Source: a virus
Taxonomy: Duplodnaviria; Caudoviricetes
Virus record (IMG/VR): IMGVR_UViG_3300011862_000001
Span: 64,001-128,000 of that record
Length of the DNA: 64,000 nt
Direction: 5' to 3' (one strand)
The notes beneath the pieces are model-generated. The model had not been told where the DNA came from. It saw only the letters and a program-made list of their open reading frames with translations, and searched no databases. How positions within the stretch are numbered: position 1 is the stretch's first letter; the number at the start of each line of letters is the position of its first letter. The translations under genes were made by a program, and so were the position numbers. Shown here one piece after another: positions 57,790-64,000 of the stretch.

Positions 57790-57930
57790 ATGACTTCTGC
57801 ACACAAACGTTCTATCAAAGCAATCATCATCTTCGTGGTACTGGCTTGTGGTTTCATCACCATGTCTCAGGACTACAACACCTGCCGGAACAACGGCAAC
57901 TCTGTGGCTATGTGCACAGGACGCAGCTAA
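57790..57930 (+). CDS. 46-aa single-pass membrane protein (not in the ORF track)
   Basis: MTSAHKRSIKAIIIFVVLACGFITMSQDYNTCRNNGNSVAMCTGRS; leader repeat RBS; TAATG coupling to the next ORF. Confidence 0.8.
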   Translation: MTSAHKRSIKAIIIFVVLACGFITMSQDYNTCRNNGNSVAMCTGRS

Positions 57931-58115
57931 TGACATTCACCGACCAACAGTTTTCCGAGTTCTTAAACAACCCACGCCAGAAACGCGAATGGGACAACTT
58001 CTCAAACGGCGTGAAACACCGTCTCCAGCCGGACGACGTCGTGGTTCATGTGACCGCCCAGGTTACGTTGCTTGATGTGGATACCGCATCACTTCAAACC
58101 TGCGACCTTTATTAA
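57930..58115 (+). CDS. early hypothetical protein (61 aa)
   Basis: ATG overlaps previous stop; AGGA RBS; terminator follows. Confidence 0.7.
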   Translation: MTFTDQQFSEFLNNPRQKREWDNFSNGVKHRLQPDDVVVHVTAQVTLLDVDTASLQTCDLY

Positions 58116-58120
58116 ACCGT

Positions 58121-58146
58121 GCCACCTTCGGGTGGCTTTATTTTTT
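58121..58146 (+). terminator. intrinsic terminator
   Basis: GCCACC-TTCG-GGTGGC and T tract. Confidence 0.88.
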
Positions 58147-58167
58147 GTAACCCTCAAGGATCAAATT

Positions 58168-58875
58168 ATGTTAACCTTAGCCCACTTCAACCTGCGCACC
58201 GTGTTTCCTCGCTTAAACGGCAAGTACGAGACCGTGTTGCAATCGGAACACTTTCACCTTCAACGGGTTGAAAACGAACACAACGTCTACTTTCTTATCT
58301 CTGATAACGAAGGCAATTCCTTAGGCGGGGGTTGTGTGGAAAAACGTGAAGGCGATGAGCGCATTCGTGGGTCAGCCTACACCACCATGGGCCGGGCGAT
58401 GTCTACCGTTCTCGTTACCCTGCCCGATGTCGAAACCCGCCTGGCACGCCTTGCTGAACTGGTGGAGATGGTCAAACAACTCACCGGACTTGCGGATTAT
58501 AGCGACCTGCGTATTGCCGCCCGTGTCGACGGTGAAGGCCAGGTTAAACTGGAGATGGGCAAGCTCTCGGGTAACGACACGATAGCCGCCGCCTCTGAAC
58601 TCTGGCACGTCTATCCAACCTTTAGCGAGATTACCGTCAAAAGCAAATACGAAGACATCCAGCTCGAGCTAATGGCCTTCTGGGGCATTGAGAAAATCCA
58701 AGCTACCGTTACCCTTAACCGTGGCGATTATGTCTTGTCACGCAAATGCAAGGTCGGCTTTGCCGCCGACTACACCGCTGAAATCGATGCGGCACTCACG
58801 GAGTTCGCAGCCGTCGTTGAGCGCATTCCCCATCCCCCGATTCCTGAGGAAAACCAAAATGAAACTATGGAATAA
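58168..58875 (+). CDS. hypothetical protein (235 aa)
   Basis: TCAAGGA RBS before ATG 58168. Confidence 0.75.
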   Translation: MLTLAHFNLRTVFPRLNGKYETVLQSEHFHLQRVENEHNVYFLISDNEGNSLGGGCVEKREGDERIRGSAYTTMGRAMSTVLVTLPDVETRLARLAELVEMVKQLTGLADYSDLRIAARVDGEGQVKLEMGKLSGNDTIAAASELWHVYPTFSEITVKSKYEDIQLELMAFWGIEKIQATVTLNRGDYVLSRKCKVGFAADYTAEIDAALTEFAAVVERIPHPPIPEENQNETME

Positions 58876-59242
58876 GGTACGCCGGGCGTTTATCACGCTC
58901 CAGCTCTTAAGCCAGTACCGACTCGCCCAAGTCAAAGACCTGGTGCTGGGGCCGAAACAAAACCATTTGATTGAACCGTGCACCGCGTGGATGCAGATAA
59001 CCGACCATCATAACCGTATCGTGGTCTATCGCATGGTCTACTACTGGCACGGTCGTCGTTTCTCACCGATGCGGAGGATGTTCGGCAAAGGGGTGGAGAT
59101 TGACGGCAAAGGTATTGTGCCGTTCAACACCATCGAATCCTACCTCAACACCTTCCAACACTTAGACGTGATGTACTCGCAGACCTTGCGAATGCTTGAG
59201 GTCTCGGTAAATAAGATGGTGGTCGGTAGCATGCAAGCTTAA
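58859..59242 (+). CDS. hypothetical protein (127 aa)
   Basis: GAGGA RBS before ATG 58859. Confidence 0.7.
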   Translation: MKLWNKVRRAFITLQLLSQYRLAQVKDLVLGPKQNHLIEPCTAWMQITDHHNRIVVYRMVYYWHGRRFSPMRRMFGKGVEIDGKGIVPFNTIESYLNTFQHLDVMYSQTLRMLEVSVNKMVVGSMQA

Positions 59243-59303
59243 AAAAATAAGCTGGACTCGTACCCCGAAAAGGGTACGAGTTTCGTCACTTTATTTTTTT
59301 TTT
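59241..59303. terminator. bidirectional terminator region
   Basis: ACTCGTACCC-CGAAAA-GGGTACGAGT with A and T tracts; a second UUCG hairpin lies on the minus strand at ~59329-59348. Confidence 0.75.
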
Positions 59304-59357
59304 GTGCCAGGACACATAAGCTCCCCTGTGCCGACCCGAAGGTCGGCAGATGGCTCT

Positions 59358-60923
59358 CTAGCCAAACAGGTCATCACCCATGCCACCGGTAAAGTGGTTA
59401 ATAGACGAAGCAGTAACGGTCATCTCTTTATCGCAATCCCAAGGCAAAATGCCCACATCAGCAAATGGAATAACAGTATAGTGGTGTTTCTCGTTCGTAT
59501 CGATAATGGTACGGTGCTTCCCGCGTTGCACTTCTAAGAAGCTGTGACCGGAGACCACACGCTTGTTGAAATACATTTCGCCGTCGGCCTCGTTATCGAG
59601 ACTGGTACAGTTGTCGTACAAACCACGACCGGGTAAGTTCTTACAAAAGCCAACCGGGTCAGCAGCCTTCTGACGTTTCCCTTCTGGAGAGATTTGGTGC
59701 GGTGCTATCAAAAACCCGTGGTTACGCACAACCTGGATGTTACGCGCCATACGGTAGATTTCTTTGATGTCACTACCGGCAATGCCATTACCGTGACCCG
59801 CTTTGTTGATGGTACCGAGGTAATCTGCTCGGATACCGACCACATGAAAGCCGTCACGTTTGTATTCACTAATCAAGTCGTTCATGTAGTGCACACGGAA
59901 GTCACTGTTGGTGTGTTTCTCAAACGAGTATTCCCAACCGTTAGAACGAATCTTGTTAATCAGGTAATCAGCCATCTGGCGAACGTGTTTCGTTTTCTCT
60001 TCTTCAGAGGCATCGTCTGAAATGGTGAGTGTCGGGGCGTGACCTTCGAAGTGGCCGTAGATGGCCTGGTACGCGTACGCGATATTCACATCCAGTTCGT
60101 TCTCCAAACTGAGGTCGAGAATCAGCGGGGCCAAATCACCCTTAATGTCCGCCATCACTTTCTCAGGTGAGTTAAACAATGGAATCGAAATGGTCATCAA
60201 CAAACTGAACAGCGACTTACAGTTAAACGGGAGAGCAGGCATCAGCCACAGCTCTTCGGTAATCCCGTTGTTACAACCGAGCATTTGGTTAATCGCTTTC
60301 CAACCTACCCGCAATCCGTTACCGGCTGCTTTCTTGTTGATATTATTGAAGACCCGTACAAACGGAGCACTGTCGGTGGTGATAAGCTTGTCTACTTGCG
60401 AAGGAATCTTATTATGAGAGCGTTCGCCGTAGGAGGTTAACGATCCTTTGAGTTCGTCAATCGCCGTTTGCAAGTCAACCCGGGACTCGGTACCGTTGAG
60501 GACACCCAGAGTGCGACCCAGTTTTTGTCTCAGCTGCACGCCTTGCAGGCCTTGGCGCATCTGAAAGTAATACTGCTGTTGTTGCTTCGCGAAGAATTCT
60601 TGCAGCTTGTCTTCTTCGGTTGGGATATCGTCCTCAAGAAATTTCTGTATTGTATCGTATAGAGGGCGAGTTTGCGTCGTGGCCAGTTTCAAACGCTTCA
60701 TGACGCTGGCGTGGTCGTATGTCATGCCACCGTCAATGATTAATGTAATAATGTCCTTGATCTCAGCTAACGCCGAGCGCTCATCGCTGTCGTCGATAAA
60801 CTCCGGCAGCTTCGTCTCGAGTAAAACTTTTCTTATGACTTCGTGATCCTTTTGAGGGTCGGTCAGAAAGCTTTCTGCGTAGAGGGTGGCCAAGGCTGTT
60901 ATCAACATCATTTTACTATTCAT
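59358..60923 (-). CDS. dnaB: DnaB-like replicative helicase (phiKZ gp118-like)
   Basis: GLRVGWKAINQMLG, divergent Walker A ALPFNCKS, LSLEN, ADYL, PHQIS, LDNEAD, RGKHR; conserved position upstream of the capsid gene. Confidence 0.85.
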   Translation of the reverse strand: MNSKMMLITALATLYAESFLTDPQKDHEVIRKVLLETKLPEFIDDSDERSALAEIKDIITLIIDGGMTYDHASVMKRLKLATTQTRPLYDTIQKFLEDDIPTEEDKLQEFFAKQQQQYYFQMRQGLQGVQLRQKLGRTLGVLNGTESRVDLQTAIDELKGSLTSYGERSHNKIPSQVDKLITTDSAPFVRVFNNINKKAAGNGLRVGWKAINQMLGCNNGITEELWLMPALPFNCKSLFSLLMTISIPLFNSPEKVMADIKGDLAPLILDLSLENELDVNIAYAYQAIYGHFEGHAPTLTISDDASEEEKTKHVRQMADYLINKIRSNGWEYSFEKHTNSDFRVHYMNDLISEYKRDGFHVVGIRADYLGTINKAGHGNGIAGSDIKEIYRMARNIQVVRNHGFLIAPHQISPEGKRQKAADPVGFCKNLPGRGLYDNCTSLDNEADGEMYFNKRVVSGHSFLEVQRGKHRTIIDTNEKHHYTVIPFADVGILPWDCDKEMTVTASSINHFTGGMGDDLFG

Positions 60924-60936
60924 GGAGCATCCTTCA

Positions 60937-61470
60937 ATGCGAATTCGTTTTAGCCCACCGTGGGAAGTTCAACCTAACATAGATAAAGCAGCGAGCGTTA
61001 AAAAGTTAGAAATGCTGCAAGCTGAATTCTTTAACTGGTTATATGACTGCACTCCCGTACGGTTTAGCTCTATCATCCTGCCTGATTGCTCGCGTGAAGC
61101 CATTTACAAAGCGTTTATGGCCCCACCTGTGCTTCCAGGTCAATACTATGACCAAGTGTTGAACTTGGTTAAGAATGGTACGGACGAATCCCTTACTGAT
61201 TTATATGGGGAAGCGTTCACCGGTCGATTACGCTGGGTGTTCACCCAACGTGGCGACGTGACTGTAGCGTCGCTCGCTGAAGCGAAGGCGGATAAACCCG
61301 GTTTTACTTTGGACGAACAACACGCTGCGAAAAAGATGTTCTGCGCAGAACTTTTTAAATATGTGCGTACCAAGACCCGCGTCGTGGATGATTCATTCAG
61401 TACCTCAACGCAGTTTGCTGCTCATGAAGTGCTGACGCAACTCTACGCATGTCATTTACAAACAAGGTAA
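60937..61470 (+). CDS. conserved protein upstream of the capsid gene (phiKZ gp119-like)
   Basis: GGAG RBS before ATG 60937; synteny. Confidence 0.7.
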   Translation: MRIRFSPPWEVQPNIDKAASVKKLEMLQAEFFNWLYDCTPVRFSSIILPDCSREAIYKAFMAPPVLPGQYYDQVLNLVKNGTDESLTDLYGEAFTGRLRWVFTQRGDVTVASLAEAKADKPGFTLDEQHAAKKMFCAELFKYVRTKTRVVDDSFSTSTQFAAHEVLTQLYACHLQTR

Positions 61471-61477
61471 TTTGAAG

Positions 61478-63760
61478 ATGAAAGAAACTCGTATCTCCAA
61501 TATGGAGAAGCTGATTGAGCAGGGTAGCCAACTCGTTGCCAATGCGTCAGTACAGCAATCCACTAAAGACCTGTGGTCTACTCTCGTCGCACGCGAATCT
61601 ATCCGCACTGACGTACGTAACTTCGATCAGGTAGCGACCTCAGCTGACCAGGCATACGCTAACGTATTCCCGGGCCGCACGATGTCTCACGCTGCCCGTA
61701 CTGCTTCTGCCATCATCCTGGCGGCGCAGGGTAACGAAGATGAGTTCTTAGCTAAACCGGCGCGCGAATCCTCTGCTAAAGAGTGGGCGGGCGCAATGGA
61801 AACGGCTATCCCTGGCGCACACGCGCTGAACGCTGACTACGGTAAAACGCCGCTGGTTGCGACTGAGTATTACACCAACAAAGACCTGGACAAAAACCTG
61901 GGCCTGACTTGGACGCTGAACGTACGTGCACTGGAAACCCAGTCTGCGTTCGCAGAAAAACTGTTCCCGACTATCACCGTTGAAACGAACGACGTTGGTA
62001 TCACTGTGCGTACCAAAATCACCACCGTTACTCGTGGTATTCTGAACGCGCTGCTGAGCAAAGATAGCGTGCTGGACGATCGTAAACCGCTGCACAACGC
62101 GTTGACCGACCACACCGTACTGCAAGACGACGCTATCCGCATCGTGCCGTACGTAATGGAAACTGGTGAGAACAGCGAGTTCTTCATCAGCGAAAGCGTT
62201 ATCGAGAACGAAACCGTGCGTCTGGGCCGTGTGCCGTCTTACCCGACCAACTATCTGGATATTAAGAAAGAGAAAGGCAACCTGTTCCGTCTTTCTGCGC
62301 ATCCTGGTATCGTGGCTGAAGGTTACGACGAAACTGACGAAATCGCACCGGGTGCTGCGCTGGGTGGTCTGCTGATCTCCGTACGCAAACCGGGCGATGC
62401 CGTTGAAGACGGTTCCATGATCAAGCTGGCAACTCGCGACATGCAGTTTGCTACCTTCCAGCGTCCTCCAGAAGGTGAAGGTCGTGAGCTGGTACTGCAA
62501 TTCCGTCGTACCCAGTTTGCACTGAACGGCAAGTCCCTGGACTGGAAAGGTAAAGACATTCCGGCTCTGGCTGCACTTCAGCAGAACAAATACACCCTGC
62601 GTTACGTGATCAGTATCTCCATGAGCCTGTTCACTAACGGCCAGCGTTCTGGCCAGTACGACATCTCCGGCGCTCGCCTGGATGTTGAAGCACTGGTTGA
62701 TGCTGCGGGTAACGAAGTGTCAATGGAAAGCGGCGTGGGTAAAACCATCCGTGACAACCTGAAACTGGAACTCCTGGGCTGGAAATTCGACGGTACTCGT
62801 ACCAACGAAAACCGGAGAAGCCAGGGTCTTCTGCTTGACCCAGTTTGGGAGCAGGAGAACTACAAACTCCAGTACGGTTCACCGATGATGACCAAACAGC
62901 CTGTTGGTCAGGAATACGATGACGCTGAGCGTCTGGATGACCTGGTTTCTGCGGTTAACATCCGTAACGAAATGCTGGCCATCACTCAGACTCTGAGCTA
63001 CACCGATGCGGTGAAACAAGCGGTTGACACCCTGGTTACTCAGTGGGATAAATCTGCAATCCGTGGTCTGGGCCGTCACTGGGTGCGTCCGTGGTTCGAA
63101 GAAGCTGATTTCAACGTTGATGAAATCGTTCAGTCTCTGGAAACCAAAGATGCGCTGATTAACGCCCGTCAGGCGCTGCTGCAACGTATCGCTGACCAGG
63201 TAACTCGTGCAATCCAGGACAGCCGCTACATGCCGGCTCTGCGTCTGCTGACCTCCAACCCGCAAGCGACTCCGAAAGTCATCATCGCGACCGATGAACC
63301 GACTGCCGCAATGTTGCTGCTTCAGGTTGGCGAAACTCGTCTGCTGGGCGACCGCTACGAATACGAAGTGGTTACCACCAACGATGACCGCTGGCGTATC
63401 AAGAACGAGGCCGATGGTTCCTGGACTCGTCGTCTGCAATGGGTGCTGAAAGTTGAAGGCACTGATGAAGGTTCTTACTGTGTTCTGAACTGGGGTAACC
63501 ACTTCTGGTCTCCGATCATGGTAACCAACATCAACATCCAGCGTAACGGCGCGACCTCTAAAGAACTGGCTGTGCAGCCGCGCAACGCGCATATCTGCCA
63601 CTGCCCGGTTACTGGCCTGTTCTGGGTTAAAGGTATCACCGATCTGGTTGCTAAGAAACTGGCTTACAACATCACTGGTCTGGCTAATGGTCAGGCAACC
63701 ACTCCTGGCGGCAACGCTGGTGACGTAGGTGGTGCTGCTCCGGCTCCGGCTGGTCAGTAA
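61478..63760 (+). CDS. major capsid protein (phiKZ gp120 / SPN3US gp75-like)
   Basis: 760 aa; propeptide with ARE|S sites and ATE at residue 130; FAEKLFPTI, RTNENRRSQG, QPRNAHI; extreme codon bias; strong terminator. Confidence 0.92.
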   Translation: MKETRISNMEKLIEQGSQLVANASVQQSTKDLWSTLVARESIRTDVRNFDQVATSADQAYANVFPGRTMSHAARTASAIILAAQGNEDEFLAKPARESSAKEWAGAMETAIPGAHALNADYGKTPLVATEYYTNKDLDKNLGLTWTLNVRALETQSAFAEKLFPTITVETNDVGITVRTKITTVTRGILNALLSKDSVLDDRKPLHNALTDHTVLQDDAIRIVPYVMETGENSEFFISESVIENETVRLGRVPSYPTNYLDIKKEKGNLFRLSAHPGIVAEGYDETDEIAPGAALGGLLISVRKPGDAVEDGSMIKLATRDMQFATFQRPPEGEGRELVLQFRRTQFALNGKSLDWKGKDIPALAALQQNKYTLRYVISISMSLFTNGQRSGQYDISGARLDVEALVDAAGNEVSMESGVGKTIRDNLKLELLGWKFDGTRTNENRRSQGLLLDPVWEQENYKLQYGSPMMTKQPVGQEYDDAERLDDLVSAVNIRNEMLAITQTLSYTDAVKQAVDTLVTQWDKSAIRGLGRHWVRPWFEEADFNVDEIVQSLETKDALINARQALLQRIADQVTRAIQDSRYMPALRLLTSNPQATPKVIIATDEPTAAMLLLQVGETRLLGDRYEYEVVTTNDDRWRIKNEADGSWTRRLQWVLKVEGTDEGSYCVLNWGNHFWSPIMVTNINIQRNGATSKELAVQPRNAHICHCPVTGLFWVKGITDLVAKKLAYNITGLANGQATTPGGNAGDVGGAAPAPAGQ

Positions 63761-63792
63761 ACTGTCTTCTCTTTGAGAACATAGTTGGACTG

Positions 63793-63833
63793 CCCTACTC
63801 CCTTCGGGGAGTAGGGTTTTTCTTTTTTTTTTT
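63793..63833 (+). terminator. intrinsic terminator
   Basis: CCCTACTCCC-TTCG-GGGAGTAGGG and long T tract. Confidence 0.92.
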
Positions 63834-63834
63834 C

Positions 63835-63868
63835 AAAAATCTTTGAGATAGATATTATTTTAGTGAAT
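63835..63868 (+). promoter_or_regulatory. early promoter
   Basis: A tract plus AGATAGATATTATTTTAGTGAAT, identical to 14226-14248. Confidence 0.75.
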
Positions 63869-63899
63869 GTCCCCGTTTAAGACACTAAGGAGAATAAAA

Positions 63900-64000
63900 A
63901 TGCAATACATTTTAGAGCAGAGCAAAATCAAAGCGAGCCTCTTTACTACCCGTGGCTTTTTAATTGAAGCACGCGACATGTCCCCTACCCGTGGTGCAGC
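63900..64000 (+). CDS. hypothetical protein, 3'-truncated by window edge
   Basis: AAGGAG RBS, ATG 63900, open to the end. Confidence 0.7.
   Translation, partial: MQYILEQSKIKASLFTTRGFLIEARDMSPTRGA

Larger units (their letters stand above)
55546..57792 (+). repeat. five dispersed copies of a conserved gene leader GAC(T/C)(A/T)TCAAGGA-N6-8-CATG
   Basis: Copies at 55546-55570, 56261-56284, 56861-56886, 57161-57183 and 57768-57792; the third and fifth are preceded by a CGGGGGG...CGCCCCC hairpin. Confidence 0.9.

Noticed and set aside
55546-57792. CRISPR array or integron attC array
   Set aside because: The repeats are degenerate, separated by whole genes and contain the RBS. There are no cas or integrase genes in the window and no RYYYAAC/GTTRRRY boxes.
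1-64000. tRNA, rRNA, integrase, transposase, or tubulin (PhuZ) genes
   Set aside because: None recognised by eye in this window; a tRNAscan-SE/Infernal run would be needed to exclude RNA genes formally.

Overview
This 64-kb window is the conserved core of a nucleus-forming jumbo phage (phiKZ-like, Chimalliviridae). Gene order and the A-x-E head-maturation sites, including ATE at residue 130 of the major capsid protein, point to the Salmonella SPN3US / Erwinia jumbo-phage group. It contains both halves of a split family-B DNA polymerase, chimallin (nuclear shell), probable ChmC and PicA, four of the five non-virion RNA polymerase subunits, one virion RNAP subunit, an SbcD-like nuclease, an SF2 helicase, a DnaB-like helicase, DHFR, head/ejection, neck and baseplate proteins, and the major capsid protein. 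Two selfish elements are resolved to the nucleotide. One is a group I intron (7961-9372) that splits the RNAP catalytic motif NA|DFDGD and carries its HNH endonuclease gene inside the P1 loop. The other is an Ala-initiated class 3 intein in the helicase Walker A motif. Less obvious signals are a likely programmed -1 frameshift (T TTT TTC plus a hairpin, ~29334) that would make a G/GT-like protein pair, an early-gene cassette array (55.5-58.2 kb) whose genes carry a repeated GACTATCAAGGAA leader, an extended early-promoter consensus found 7 times, and head-to-head gene pairs with shared or interleaved ribosome-binding sites. Orthology calls without a diagnostic motif rest on synteny and size recalled from phiKZ/SPN3US, not on database searches.
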